Of a stretch of DNA of 64,000 nt, positions 44,173 through 54,835 are shown piece by piece. The notes beneath the pieces were generated by a model. The model ran no database searches, was not told where the DNA came from, and saw nothing but the letters and a program-made list of their open reading frames with translations. The DNA is from an uncultured Actinomycetota bacterium (GTDB lineage Bacteria; Actinomycetota; Actinomycetes; JAHEKZ01), in the NCBI GenBank assembly GCA_963829525.1, contig CAWHIJ010000003.1:1664001-1728000 (forward strand), read 5' to 3'. A program made the position numbers and the translations under genes. Numbering within the stretch: the stretch's first letter is position 1; each line of letters begins with the position of its first letter.

Positions 44173-44837
44173 GCGACCCTTCGGAGGTCCCTGAGGTCAC
44201 CGAGCCCCGTGAGGTCACCGATCGCGCTGGCTCGCTTCCGGTGGTCAGTCGGCATGAGCGCGTCGTCGGAGCCAAGTGGACCGTGGTCACCGATCACGTT
44301 CTGCTCGACGCAGACACCGCGGTCGACCGTGACGTTGTGGTGCATCCGGGTGCTGTCGGGGTCGTGGCGCTGGACACCGACGACCGCGTGGTGGTTCTTC
44401 GCCAGTATCGACATCCAGTCGCTGCGCACCTGTGGGAGATTCCGGCTGGGCTTCTCGATGAGCCGGGTGAGTCGCCCTGGTCGACCGCACAGCGAGAGCT
44501 TGTGGAGGAGGCCGGTCTGTTGGCTCTCAAGTGGCACACCTTGGTCGACCTGTACTCGTCGCCGGGCATGAGCAGTGAGACCGTCAGGGTCTACCTTGCC
44601 CGTGGGCTCAGTGACGTCGATCCAGCAGACCGCCCGCCGCGCACTGACGAGGAGCGTGACCTCGTGGTCGCTCGGGTGGATCTGGACGCACTGGTCCAGC
44701 GGGTCTTGGCCGGCCACATCCACAACTCGCTCGCAGTGGCGGGGTTGCTTGCGGCCGCCGAGTCCCGGCGCGGTGGGTGGGGCTCGCTGCTGCCCCCCGA
44801 GCATCCCTGGCCTGGCCCTTCCTGGGCGCTCGGATAG
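44169..44837 (+). CDS. NUDIX hydrolase (ADP-ribose pyrophosphatase-like)
   Basis: [24 protein letters not shown]....[13 protein letters not shown]. Confidence 0.92.
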
Positions 44838-44951
44838 ACTCCCTGCGCCCTCTCACCCCGAGGGGCGCGGCGGGCGGTCCACCCGGCTCAGCACGGCCAC
44901 CGCATTCAGCCGCTCACGCTGTCACAGCTGTCACAAAGGACGTTGATTTCA

Positions 44952-46067
44952 GTGAAGGTCGGCATCCCCCGCGAGGTCAAGAACCACGAGTACCGGGTAG
45001 CCATCACCCCCGCGGGTGTGCACGAGCTCACCCGCAACGACCACGAGGTCTTCATCGAGACTGATGCTGGTGTTGGCTCGTCCATCTCCAACGACGAGTT
45101 CGTTGCCGCAGGCGCATCTATCCTGCCCACCGCAGACGACGTCTGGCAGACCGGTGACCTCATCTTGAAGGTGAAGGAGCCGATCGCCGAGGAGTACCAC
45201 AGGATGCGCAAGGAGCAGGTGCTCTTCACCTACCTGCACCTGGCAGCCGGTCGTGAGTGCACCGACGCGTTGCTCTCCTCAGGCACCACCGCGATTGCTT
45301 ACGAGACTGTTGAGCTCCCCGACCGGTCGCTTCCACTGCTGGCACCGATGTCCGAGGTGGCCGGCCGAATGGGCCCCCAGGTCGGTGCTGCCACCTTGCA
45401 GCGAGCCAACGGCGGCCGCGGCACACTGCTCGGCGGGGTACCAGGCGTCAAGGCTGGCAAGGTCGTTGTCCTTGGTGGCGGTGTCTCCGGTCTCAATGCG
45501 GCACAGATCGCAGTTGGTATGGGCGCCAATGTGACGATCCTCGATATCAACGCCAAGCGCCTTGCCGAGATCGATCGCGTATACCAGGGCCGGCTCCAGA
45601 CCCTCATGTCCAGCTCCTACGCCATTGAGCAAGAGGTCGTCGAAGCCGACCTGGTGATTGGGGCGGTGCTCATCCCGGGAGCGAAGGCTCCGAAACTCGT
45701 CACCAACGACCTCGTCGCTCGGATGAAGCCTGGTGCGGTTCTGGTCGACATCGCGATCGACCAGGGTGGTTGCTTTGAGGGGTCACGCCCGACAACGCAC
45801 GCCGACCCGACGTTCAAGGTGCATGACACGGTCTTCTACTGCGTCGCCAACATGCCCGGAGCTGTTCCTCACACGTCCACCTACGCACTTACGAACGTAA
45901 CGCTGCCCTACGCGGTGCAGCTGGCCAATCTGGGGTGGCGCGAGGCTCTCAAGGGCAACGCGGCGCTTCGCCCTGGTCTGAACACCCACGAGGGCCAGAT
46001 CACCTATGCAGCGGTCGGCGAAGCATTCGGCCTGCCCACTGTCGATGTGGACGACCTGCTCGCCTGA
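44952..46067 (+). CDS. ald: alanine dehydrogenase
   Basis: VGIPREVKNHEYRV, FTYLHLA, GAVLIPGAKAP, DIAIDQGG, YCVANMPG. Confidence 0.97.
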   Translation: MKVGIPREVKNHEYRVAITPAGVHELTRNDHEVFIETDAGVGSSISNDEFVAAGASILPTADDVWQTGDLILKVKEPIAEEYHRMRKEQVLFTYLHLAAGRECTDALLSSGTTAIAYETVELPDRSLPLLAPMSEVAGRMGPQVGAATLQRANGGRGTLLGGVPGVKAGKVVVLGGGVSGLNAAQIAVGMGANVTILDINAKRLAEIDRVYQGRLQTLMSSSYAIEQEVVEADLVIGAVLIPGAKAPKLVTNDLVARMKPGAVLVDIAIDQGGCFEGSRPTTHADPTFKVHDTVFYCVANMPGAVPHTSTYALTNVTLPYAVQLANLGWREALKGNAALRPGLNTHEGQITYAAVGEAFGLPTVDVDDLLA

Positions 46068-46077
46068 CGCAGTCTTC

Positions 46078-46113
46078 GTAGGAGGGCCCCCGCCGTTGCG
46101 GGGGCCCTCCTAC
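46078..46113. terminator. perfect 16-bp stem hairpin after ald
   Basis: GTAGGAGGGCCCCCGC-CGTT-GCGGGGGCCCTCCTAC. Confidence 0.85.
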
Positions 46114-46143
46114 ATACCAAGAGGTTCTGGCTAGGGTCGGCCT

Positions 46144-47091
46144 ATGGCAGGCAGCACCAGGGCGAGCTCGTCGGCTGCTGACGTCGCCGTCCGGCAGTAT
46201 GTGGACCACTTGGCGATTGAGCGCGGTCTGGCCCGAAACTCCCTCCTTTCCTATCGACGTGACCTCGGCCGCTATCTCGACTTCTTGGCTGAGGTCGGTG
46301 TCGTCGACGTTGACCAAATCACCGAGGGGCACGTCCTGGCGTTTCTGGGCCGGCTGCGTGAGGGCGATGTCGAGCATCAGCCGTTGGCGGCCTCGTCGGC
46401 TGCTCGCACCGTGGTGGCGGTCCGCGGGTTTCACCGATTCGCGGTGCTCGAGGACCTCGCGACCCACGACCCCGCTGCCGACGTACGGCCCCCCGCGCCG
46501 CCTCGTCGCCTGCCCAAGGCACTGACGGTGACACAGATCGAGGCGCTCTTGGCCGCAACGGGGGAGGGCCGAACCCCCAAGGAGCTCCGCGACCGAGCAT
46601 TGCTGGAACTGCTGTATGGGACGGGAGCCCGCATCTCCGAGGCGGTCGGTCTTGACATCGATGATCTGGACCGCGAATCCGGATCGCTCCGGCTGGTCGG
46701 CAAGGGGAGCAAGGAGCGGGTCGTTCCAGTCGGTAGCTACGCGTCAGGAGCGGTGGACGACTACCTGATCAGGGGGCGCCCGGTGCTATCTGAGAGGGGG
46801 ACAGGGGTGCCAGCACTCTTCGTCAACAGCCGTGGTGGGCGTCTCAGCAGGCAGAGCGCCTGGACCGTCCTGCGCTCAGCGGCTGCCAGGGCAAAGATTG
46901 CCGGTGAAGTCTCGCCACACACCCTTCGACACAGTTTCGCCACGCACCTGCTCGACGGAGGGGCAGATGTACGGGTCGTCCAAGAGCTGCTCGGTCATGC
47001 TTCCGTGACAACGACGCAGATCTACACCCTGGTCACGGTGGACACCCTGCGCGAGGTCTACGCGGCTTCGCATCCGCGGGCACGGGCCTGA
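46144..47091 (+). CDS. xerD: site-specific tyrosine recombinase XerD
   Basis: [56 protein letters not shown]. Confidence 0.95.
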   Translation: MAGSTRASSSAADVAVRQYVDHLAIERGLARNSLLSYRRDLGRYLDFLAEVGVVDVDQITEGHVLAFLGRLREGDVEHQPLAASSAARTVVAVRGFHRFAVLEDLATHDPAADVRPPAPPRRLPKALTVTQIEALLAATGEGRTPKELRDRALLELLYGTGARISEAVGLDIDDLDRESGSLRLVGKGSKERVVPVGSYASGAVDDYLIRGRPVLSERGTGVPALFVNSRGGRLSRQSAWTVLRSAAARAKIAGEVSPHTLRHSFATHLLDGGADVRVVQELLGHASVTTTQIYTLVTVDTLREVYAASHPRARA

Positions 47092-47211
47092 GCGCTCCCG
47101 AGCAGATCGCACCCTCAACCACGGCTCGACCTTGCCCTGGCCGACACGGTCGGCCTAGAGTGCGCAGCGACTTGTCGTGAAGTCTGTGGAGAGGTTTAGA
47201 GATCAGTGGTT

Positions 47212-48108
47212 ATGTCGACTTTTGGTTCTGATTCCCCCGAACTCGCCCCTGACCAGGACGTTCCTACCGTGGTGGAGGCGATCCTTGGTCCGACCAACCG
47301 CCCGCTGCCGCACTTCCCTGAACCGCCGGTGCTCCTCGAGCACGGTCCGGGGCGCATCATCGCCATGTGCAATCAGAAGGGCGGCGTCGGTAAGACGACG
47401 ACCACGATCAACCTTGGAGCGGCGTTGGCAGAGTACGGCCGCCGGGTGCTTTTGGTCGACTTCGATCCGCAGGGCGCGCTCTCGGTCGGGCTGGGAGTCA
47501 ACCCGCACGAGCTGGACCGCACTGTCTACAACCTGCTGATGGATCGAGGGGTCGAAGCGGAGGACATCCTGCTGAAGACCAATACCGCGGGGATGGATCT
47601 GTTGCCGAGCAACATCGACCTCAGCGCCGCGGAGGTCCAGCTGGTGGGGGAGGTCGCCCGCGAGCAGACGCTCGGTCGTGAGCTGGCCACGATTTCGGCC
47701 GACTACGACTACGTCCTGATCGACTGCCAGCCTTCCCTTGGGCTTCTTGCGGTAAACGCTCTGACTGCGGCACACGGTGTGATCATTCCGCTCGAATGCG
47801 AGTTCTTCGCACTCCGCGGAGTGGCGCTGCTCATGGACACTATCTCCAAAGTCACTGAACGGCTTAACCCTGAACTAGAGCTTGATGGCATCCTGGCGAC
47901 GATGTACGACAGCCGGACCACCCACGGCCGAGAGGTGCTAGCTCGCGTGGTTGAGGCCTTCGACGACCGGGTCTTCCATACGGTGATCGCCCGAACGGTG
48001 CGCTTCCCAGAGACCACCGTCGCAGGGGAGCCCATCACCGCCTATGCCTCGAAATCCACAGGGGCTACCGCCTATCGACAGCTTGCGCGGGAGGTGCTGG
48101 CCCGATGA
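47212..48108 (+). CDS. ParA/Soj-family ATPase (ParH/PldP/Rv1708-like)
   Basis: NQKGGVGKTT, DFDPQG, IDCQPSLG, between xerD and scpAB. Confidence 0.93.
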   Translation: MSTFGSDSPELAPDQDVPTVVEAILGPTNRPLPHFPEPPVLLEHGPGRIIAMCNQKGGVGKTTTTINLGAALAEYGRRVLLVDFDPQGALSVGLGVNPHELDRTVYNLLMDRGVEAEDILLKTNTAGMDLLPSNIDLSAAEVQLVGEVAREQTLGRELATISADYDYVLIDCQPSLGLLAVNALTAAHGVIIPLECEFFALRGVALLMDTISKVTERLNPELELDGILATMYDSRTTHGREVLARVVEAFDDRVFHTVIARTVRFPETTVAGEPITAYASKSTGATAYRQLAREVLAR

Positions 48109-48545
48109 GTCGCCGCGCCGCTCTCCCAGGAGCCAGCGAGCTCTTCCGCACGACCTCGTCGGCCGCCGCTCTGGCCGACGTCGTTGAGGTAAAGCCTGAG
48201 ACTCCACAGGAACAATCCCCAGCGGGGGATAAAGGCTCATCCTCTAGTGTAGATCGAGAGTTGACCAATGGCCGTCCATCGGCTGCCTCCCGGCTGAGCT
48301 CGCGCGCATCGCGCTCGGCACCGTCTGGCAGACAGCGGCACGACGAGAAGATCACCGTCTACCTGTCGTTCGACGAACTGGTCGCCCTCGATGAGGCAAA
48401 GGCCACCCTGTACCGCGATCAGGGGATCAAGGTGGACCGGGGCCGGATCGTTCGGGAAGCCGTTGCCGTGGTGGTGGCCGACCTCCAGGCCAAGGGGGAG
48501 GCCAGCATCGTGGCCCGCCGGCTGCGTGAGGGACTCGACGGCTAG
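48105..48545 (+). CDS. putative ribbon-helix-helix DNA-binding partner of the ParA-like protein
   Basis: Disordered N-terminus, then HDEKITVYLS..EL..LDEA..L...VDRGRIVREAV (beta-helix-helix); ATGA-coupled to parA. Confidence 0.75.
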   Translation: MSRRAALPGASELFRTTSSAAALADVVEVKPETPQEQSPAGDKGSSSSVDRELTNGRPSAASRLSSRASRSAPSGRQRHDEKITVYLSFDELVALDEAKATLYRDQGIKVDRGRIVREAVAVVVADLQAKGEASIVARRLREGLDG

Positions 48546-48613
48546 CGGCTCAACCTCGGCAAGCTGACCATGCCGTGCACCGCGACCCCAGGGTGCTCGG
48601 CTAGCGTTCGGCC

Positions 48614-49507
48614 GTGACCTCGACGACGACGGACCTGCCGGAACCGGCCAGCGCCGGTGGCTTCCACGTCCGACTCGCGGTCTTTGAGGGACCGTTCGAC
48701 CTGCTGCTGGGCCTCATCGCCAAGCACAAGCTCGATGTCACGGAGGTGGCACTGGGGGTCGTCACCGATGAGTTCATCGCCTACATCAAGGGCGCCGGCG
48801 AGACATGGGACCTCGAGCAGACCACCCACTTCCTAGTGGTGGCTGCCACGCTCCTGGATCTGAAGACAGCCAGACTCCTGCCGTCGGCGGAGGTGGAGGA
48901 CGAGGATGACCTTGCGCTCCTTGAGGCCAGAGACCTGTTGTTTGCCCGCCTTCTGCAGTACCGCGCCTACAAGACCGCGGCAGCTGAGCTAGCCAAGATC
49001 ATGGCCGAGGCCGGTCGTAGCTATCCGCGCGCTGTTGGCCTCGAGCCGCAGTTCGCCTCGCTGCTGCCCGAGGTGCTTCTCGGTGTAGGAGCCGATGGTC
49101 TCGCAGCGTTGGCGGCCAAGGCCCTTGCTCCCAAGCTCGTCCCGGAAGTGGCGATCGGCCACATCCACGCGCCGCCGGTCAGCGTGAAGGAACAAGCAGC
49201 GCTACTCATCGAACGGCTCCGGCGCGTCCGGACGGCCAGTTTTCGAGGGCTGGTGGGCGATGCTGCAGACACGATGACGGTCATCGCTCGGTTCCTGGCA
49301 CTCCTGGAGCTCTTTCGCGAAGGCGCCGTCGCCTTCGATCAGGTTCAGCCGCTCGCCGAGCTCACGGTGCGCTGGACGGGGACCGACGAGGGGGATCTTG
49401 ACGTCCATGACGAGTTCGACGACGAAGACGCAACACCTGGCGATCCATCCGCCGAGCAACCCAACGACCCGCAACCCAACGAACCGCAACCGAGCGAGGA
49501 AGCGTGA
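48614..49507 (+). CDS. scpA: segregation/condensation protein A
   Basis: FEGPFDLLL.LI, FLVVAATLLDLK, RFLALLEL. Confidence 0.95.
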   Translation: MTSTTTDLPEPASAGGFHVRLAVFEGPFDLLLGLIAKHKLDVTEVALGVVTDEFIAYIKGAGETWDLEQTTHFLVVAATLLDLKTARLLPSAEVEDEDDLALLEARDLLFARLLQYRAYKTAAAELAKIMAEAGRSYPRAVGLEPQFASLLPEVLLGVGADGLAALAAKALAPKLVPEVAIGHIHAPPVSVKEQAALLIERLRRVRTASFRGLVGDAADTMTVIARFLALLELFREGAVAFDQVQPLAELTVRWTGTDEGDLDVHDEFDDEDATPGDPSAEQPNDPQPNEPQPSEEA

Positions 49508-50151
49508 CTGACGAAACAGCAGGCGCCGACAGCGTTCTCGAGGACATCCCGCGTGAAGAGAGCGGCAAAGATCTGGCTGATGCCAGTACCGAGCCAGATG
49601 AGGTGATGATCAGCGATCTCGATCTGGGACCGGCCATCGAGGCGGTCCTGATGGTCGTCGATGAACCTGTGGAGACGGTCACCTTGGCTCAGGTGCTGCG
49701 ACGCCCGGAGGCCGATGTCGCGGCTGCGTGTGCACAACTGGCGGGGGAGTACCTCGAGCAGGGCAGAGGATTCGAGCTCCGGGAGATTGCCGGAGGATGG
49801 CGTTACTACAGCAGCCCGGTCTATGCCGAAGCCGTCCAGAACTTTGTCCTCGATGGCCAGCAGGCCCGTCTGACGCAAGCGGCACTGGAGACGTTGGCCG
49901 TTGTGGCCTACCGCCAACCGGTCTCCCGAGCTCGGATCTCGGCAGTGCGTGGGGTCAACGTCGACGGCGTCATCCGCACTCTCCTCTCCCGTGGCCTGGT
50001 CGAGGAGAGCGGCACGGACGGCGAGTCAGGTGCGCACCTGTACCGGACCACTGGCTACTTCCTGGAACGGCTGGGGGCGGCTTCGCTCGAGGATCTACCC
50101 GACTTGGCTCCGTATCTGCCGGACCTCGAGACGCTCGAGGCGGAATTGTGA
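49504..50151 (+). CDS. scpB: segregation/condensation protein B
   Basis: IEAVLMV, LTQAALETLAVVAYRQP, VRGVN, YRTT.YFLE. Confidence 0.95.
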   Translation: MTDETAGADSVLEDIPREESGKDLADASTEPDEVMISDLDLGPAIEAVLMVVDEPVETVTLAQVLRRPEADVAAACAQLAGEYLEQGRGFELREIAGGWRYYSSPVYAEAVQNFVLDGQQARLTQAALETLAVVAYRQPVSRARISAVRGVNVDGVIRTLLSRGLVEESGTDGESGAHLYRTTGYFLERLGAASLEDLPDLAPYLPDLETLEAEL

Positions 50152-50915
50152 CTAAACCTCTACTAGAAGGTGATTCCAATGCAGGCATCCGTCTGCAGAA
50201 AGTGCTGGCAACCGCTGGTATCGCCAGCCGTCGTGCGGCTGAGGAGCTGATCACCGCAGGCAGGGTGAGCGTCGACGGCAAGGTGGTACGAGTTCAGGGT
50301 GTGAGGATCGACCCAACCACCGCCGTTGTCCGTGTCGATGGCGAGCGGATTCCGGTGGCTCCTGGTCAGGTCTATCTCGCACTCAACAAGCCTGAGGGGA
50401 CCGTCAGCACGATGAGTGACCCAGAGGGCCGCCCCTGTATCGGTGACATGGTCGCCGACCGCGACGAGCGCCTGTTCCACATCGGCCGACTCGACATCGC
50501 CACCGAGGGGCTCATCTTGATGACAAATGACGGTGAGGCGGCCCATCGCCTCGCCCACCCGTCGTTCGAAGTTCCCAAGCTTTATCGGGCCGTTGTTACT
50601 GGACCGGTTCCCAGGGACACCGGTCACCGGCTCAAGGCCGGTGTCGAGCTCGAGGACGGCATGGTCTCCGTTGACGACTTCCGGGTCGTCGAACAGGTCG
50701 GCAAAGAGGCCCAGATCGAGCTCACGATCCATGTCGGCCGCAACCGGGTGGTTCGGCGCCTCATGGCTGAGGTCGGCCTCCCCGTACGGCGTCTCGTACG
50801 CCTGCAGTTCGGCCCGATTCGGCTCGGACGGCTGCACCCTGGGGGAGTACGGCTGCTCTCGCAGCCTGAGCAAGGCGCGCTGCTCGATCTTATCGACATG
50901 TCACCAAGTCGCTAA
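50148..50915 (+). CDS. rRNA pseudouridine synthase (RluB-like)
   Basis: RLQKVLA.AGIASRR.AE, LNKP.G, GRLD..TEGL, GRNRVVRR. Confidence 0.93.
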   Translation: MTKPLLEGDSNAGIRLQKVLATAGIASRRAAEELITAGRVSVDGKVVRVQGVRIDPTTAVVRVDGERIPVAPGQVYLALNKPEGTVSTMSDPEGRPCIGDMVADRDERLFHIGRLDIATEGLILMTNDGEAAHRLAHPSFEVPKLYRAVVTGPVPRDTGHRLKAGVELEDGMVSVDDFRVVEQVGKEAQIELTIHVGRNRVVRRLMAEVGLPVRRLVRLQFGPIRLGRLHPGGVRLLSQPEQGALLDLIDMSPSR

Positions 50916-51178
50916 ATCTTCCGACATGTCTCGCCACCCTACTGTCGTCCGACTTGTCGACAAAACGTTCGGTCAGGCTGACGGACAAATGTCGATCTAA
51001 TCCGTACACATCTCAGCCGGCTCGGCTTCGAGGCCCACCGCCGCAGATCTTGTCGACAAATCGCCTGCGGCTGTCGGAGCATGGGCCGGTCTCGTCCGGG
51101 CCGGTTACCGTAACTCGACATGTCGATAAGAGGTTGTGTCGGATCCTCTCTTCGTCGAGAGGCCGCTAAGGTGAACGA

Positions 51179-51538
51179 GTGATTCGAGCACTCCGCGGAG
51201 CGACCCAGCTGACAGCCGATGACCCGGTTGAGATGACCGAGGCCGTCGTCGAACTGGTGTCGGCAATCCTTGAGCGAAACCAGCTGTCTACTAACGCGCT
51301 CATCAGCGTCGTGTTCACCAGCACGCCTGACCTCAAGAGCGCGTTCCCGGCGGCCGCGGCTCGAACACTGGGTATCGGCGATGTCCCGCTGCTCTGCGCG
51401 CAGGAGCTCGACATCCATGGAGCGCTTCCGCGCGTGGTGCGTGTTTTGGCCCACGTCGAGCTCGACCGGCCGCGAAAGGACGTTGTGCACGTCTACCTCA
51501 GGGGCGCCGAGACACTTCGCCAGGACCTTGCCCAATGA
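51179..51538 (+). CDS. aroH: chorismate mutase, AroH class
   Basis: IRALRGATQ, FTST.DL.SAFPAAAAR, HVYLRGA..LR.DL. Confidence 0.94.
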   Translation: MIRALRGATQLTADDPVEMTEAVVELVSAILERNQLSTNALISVVFTSTPDLKSAFPAAAARTLGIGDVPLLCAQELDIHGALPRVVRVLAHVELDRPRKDVVHVYLRGAETLRQDLAQ

Positions 51539-52629
51539 GTCGATCGCTACAGATCGTCGGGGCTGGTCTGCTCGGTACGTCCGTTGGGCTGGCCTTGGCG
51601 CGGTCGGAGTGGAGAGTGTGGATTGCCGACGCCGACCAGCGGGCCCAACGACTGGCCGGCGAGCTCGGGGCAGGGACAGCAGGGTGGTCTCCTGTCGATC
51701 CTGACGTCGTTCTGCTTTGCGTGCCACCCTCGGCGGTCTTTGAGATCATCCAGAGAGTAGAACGACTATATCCCACGTCGACAATTAGCGATGTTTCAAG
51801 TGTTAAGACTCAACCTCAAGTGAATGCCGAGAATTTGGGCTGTTCTCAGCGATTCGTGGGAGGCCACCCCATGGCGGGGCGGGAACGTTCGGGTGCGGTC
51901 GCCGCCCGAGGCGACCTCTTCGAGGCGAGGCCGTGGGTGATCTGTCCGAACGGGGTGGCAGACCCCGCACGCGTGACGGTCGTCGAGCAGCTGGCCCGCG
52001 ACTGTGGCGCCGATCCCGTTATCGTGGATGCTGAGTCGCACGACACGGCCGTCGCGCTCGTGTCACACCTGCCACAGATTGCTGCGAGTGCGGTGGCCGG
52101 ACAATTGGGCAATGCTTCGTCAACAGCGATGGCATTAGCTGGCCAGGGCCTGCGCGACACCGTGCGTATCGCCGGAAGTGACCCACGGCTATGGGTGGAT
52201 ATCTTGACCGCCAATGCTGCTGCACTAGCCCCGATGGTCAGTCGACTGGCTGCCGACCTTGGCCAAGTCGCTGAGGCTCTGGCGGCTGTGGCCGGACGTG
52301 TGACCAGCGACGATGCCGGCATTGATCGAGATGTCGATAAAACGATTGAGCGATTTCTCGATCAAGGACTGCACGGATTCGAGCAGATCCCCGGCAAGCA
52401 CGGGGCACCCGCTACGTCCTACACCGTGATTCCTGTGGTGATCCCGGATCAGCCTGGTGCGCTGGCTCATCTCTTCGCCACGGTGGCCAAAGCAGGAGCC
52501 AGCGTCGAGGACATCGCACTCGAGCACTCACCGGGCCACCCCATAGGAATTGTCGAGCTCTCGGTCCGCCCCGAGGATGCGCCGGGCCTCGTAGGGGCCC
52601 TTGCTGCGGACGGCTGGTCGTCCCACTAG
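51535..52629 (+). CDS. tyrA: prephenate dehydrogenase with C-terminal ACT-like domain
   Basis: GAGLLGTS, DVSSVK, GGHPMAGRE.SG, SHLPQ, LRDTVRIA, IPDQPGALA. Confidence 0.93.
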   Translation: MSRSLQIVGAGLLGTSVGLALARSEWRVWIADADQRAQRLAGELGAGTAGWSPVDPDVVLLCVPPSAVFEIIQRVERLYPTSTISDVSSVKTQPQVNAENLGCSQRFVGGHPMAGRERSGAVAARGDLFEARPWVICPNGVADPARVTVVEQLARDCGADPVIVDAESHDTAVALVSHLPQIAASAVAGQLGNASSTAMALAGQGLRDTVRIAGSDPRLWVDILTANAAALAPMVSRLAADLGQVAEALAAVAGRVTSDDAGIDRDVDKTIERFLDQGLHGFEQIPGKHGAPATSYTVIPVVIPDQPGALAHLFATVAKAGASVEDIALEHSPGHPIGIVELSVRPEDAPGLVGALAADGWSSH

Positions 52630-52755
52630 AGCGCCGCTCGGCTTCGGACACGACCTCGCGGGCGTCGAACCGATACCCTCGGCCGACCACATTTGGTGCC
52701 GCCCCAGGCCGGGGCCAGCTTCAGGCAGAGCGAGCAGCGACGGGAAGGAGCGATC

Positions 52756-53457
52756 ATGGTGCACGACGCCACAGGTGCGCTTGTTGCTGTCGCCGTCGAC
52801 GGACCTTCAGGTTCGGGGAAGTCGAGCACTGCACGTGGAGTGGCCTCCAGGCTGGGCTGGAACTATGTCGACACCGGCGCGATGTACCGGGCCTTGACCT
52901 GGTGGCTCATCAATGAAGGTGTCGAGGTGTCGGACGCCGCTGCTGTGGCTGCACGCGTGGGAGAACCCGCCGTCGACATCTCGGTGGATCCGGCCTCCCC
53001 TGGGGTCTTTGTAAACGGCCATGAAGTGAGCGCCGAGATTCGCGACCCACACGTCACTGCATCGGTGAGCGCGGTCAGCGCGGTTCCCGCTGTGCGAGAG
53101 AGACTCGTCGCGATCCAACGCGAAATCATGGAACGCGGCGCCGTCGTGGTTGAAGGCCGCGACATCGGCACGGTGGTGGCACCAGATGCCGCGGTCAAGA
53201 TCTTTCTCATCGCCGCTACCGAAGCTCGTGCTCAACGTCGTGCGGCGGAGTGGGCACACGATCACGGCATCACGGTGGAGACGACCGCGGCCATGCTCGA
53301 TCAGCGCGACCATCTGGACTCGACTCGCGAGTTGTCACCGCTCACCCAGGCCGATGACGCCGTGATGATCGACTCAACGTTCCTGACGCTCGCCGAGGTT
53401 GTCGACCAAGTTGTTGCGTTGGTACGAGACCGCGTCCCCAGTTTCGCAACGTCGTGA
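52756..53457 (+). CDS. cmk: cytidylate kinase
   Basis: [27 protein letters not shown]; SD GAAGGAG. Confidence 0.96.
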   Translation: MVHDATGALVAVAVDGPSGSGKSSTARGVASRLGWNYVDTGAMYRALTWWLINEGVEVSDAAAVAARVGEPAVDISVDPASPGVFVNGHEVSAEIRDPHVTASVSAVSAVPAVRERLVAIQREIMERGAVVVEGRDIGTVVAPDAAVKIFLIAATEARAQRRAAEWAHDHGITVETTAAMLDQRDHLDSTRELSPLTQADDAVMIDSTFLTLAEVVDQVVALVRDRVPSFATS

Positions 53458-54803
53458 CCGAGAACAACGAACGCCCGGTCATCGACGTCGCCCTTCCGGT
53501 CGTCGCGGTCGTCGGACGCCCGAATGTCGGCAAGTCAACGTTGGTGAACCGAATCATCGGCCGACGTGAGGCAGTCGTCGAGGACCGACCGGGCGTCACT
53601 CGCGATCGGGTCGCCTATGACGCCACATGGTCGGGACGTGACTTCATCGTTGTCGACACCGGGGGATGGGAACGGGATGCGCGGGGTCTCGCCGCTCGCG
53701 TTGCTGCACAGGCCGAGATGGCCGTCGACGCTGCAGATGTTGTGCTGCTGGTGGTGGATGCCGAGGTAGGCATCACCGATACCGACGAAGCTGTTGTGCG
53801 GGTGCTGCGGCGAGCCAAGAAACCGGTCATCCTGGCGGCCAACAAGGTCGACGACACTCGCCAAGAACTGGAGGCGGCATCGTTGTGGAGCCTTGGTCTC
53901 GGCGAGCCGTTCCCCGTCTCGGCACTCCATGGCCGAGGGTCGGGCGATCTCCTTGACGCGATGCTCGCGGCGATGCCCGAGGAACTGGATGGAACTGCAG
54001 CAGCAGGGGGGCCGCACCGGGTGGCTCTGCTCGGGCGCCCGAACGTCGGCAAGTCGAGCTTGCTGAATCGTCTCGCTGGGGAGAACCGGGTCGTTGTCGA
54101 CTCCGTGGCGGGCACGACTGTCGACCCAGTGGACGAACTCATCGAACTGGGCGGCGAAGAGTGGCGGTTCGTCGACACCGCGGGAATTCGCAAGAGGGTC
54201 CACGAGGCAAGTGGCAGCGAGTATTTCGCGAGCCTGCGTACCAAGTCGGCATTGGCGAAGGCAGAGGTTGCTGTCGTGCTCATCGACGCGAGCGAACCGG
54301 TTAGCGAGCAGGACACCCGCATTCTGTCGCTGGTGGTTGAGGCCGGGCGCGCACTCGTGTTGGCGTACAACAAGTGGGACCTGGTCGATGACGAACGGCG
54401 CTACTACTTGGACAAAGAGATCGAGCGAGATCTTCTGCGCGTTCAGTGGGCCCCCCGAGTGAACGTGTCGGCCGAAACCGGGCGTCACATGGACAAGCTC
54501 GTCCCGGCCATCCACGCGGCACTCGAGGGGTGGTCGACTCGAATACCTACGGCCCAGCTCAATGCGTTTCTGGGTCGGATGGTGGCTGAGCACCCGCACC
54601 CGGTGCGCGGGGGCAAGCAGCCTCGGATCCTGTTCGCCACCCAGGCGGGTAGTAGGCCGCCGACGTTCGCGCTCTTCACATCCGGATTCCTCGAGTCTGG
54701 TTACCGACGCTTCATCGAGCGTCGCCTCCGCGAGGAGTACGGCTTCGTCGGTACGCCCATCCACGTGACGATGAAGGTGCGCGAGAAGCGCTTCAAGAAG
54801 TAG
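53454..54803 (+). CDS. der: ribosome biogenesis GTPase Der/EngA
   Basis: Two GRPNVGKS domains, DTGG/DTAG, NKVD/NKWD. Confidence 0.98.
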   Translation: MTENNERPVIDVALPVVAVVGRPNVGKSTLVNRIIGRREAVVEDRPGVTRDRVAYDATWSGRDFIVVDTGGWERDARGLAARVAAQAEMAVDAADVVLLVVDAEVGITDTDEAVVRVLRRAKKPVILAANKVDDTRQELEAASLWSLGLGEPFPVSALHGRGSGDLLDAMLAAMPEELDGTAAAGGPHRVALLGRPNVGKSSLLNRLAGENRVVVDSVAGTTVDPVDELIELGGEEWRFVDTAGIRKRVHEASGSEYFASLRTKSALAKAEVAVVLIDASEPVSEQDTRILSLVVEAGRALVLAYNKWDLVDDERRYYLDKEIERDLLRVQWAPRVNVSAETGRHMDKLVPAIHAALEGWSTRIPTAQLNAFLGRMVAEHPHPVRGGKQPRILFATQAGSRPPTFALFTSGFLESGYRRFIERRLREEYGFVGTPIHVTMKVREKRFKK

Positions 54804-54835
54804 GCCAAAAGCGCCTCGCGACGAGGGGAGAACTT

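Noticed and set aside
46144-47091. Tyrosine recombinase as a prophage/island integrase
   Set aside because: Length, motifs and the pyrG-NUDIX-ald-xerD-parA-scpAB context identify housekeeping XerD
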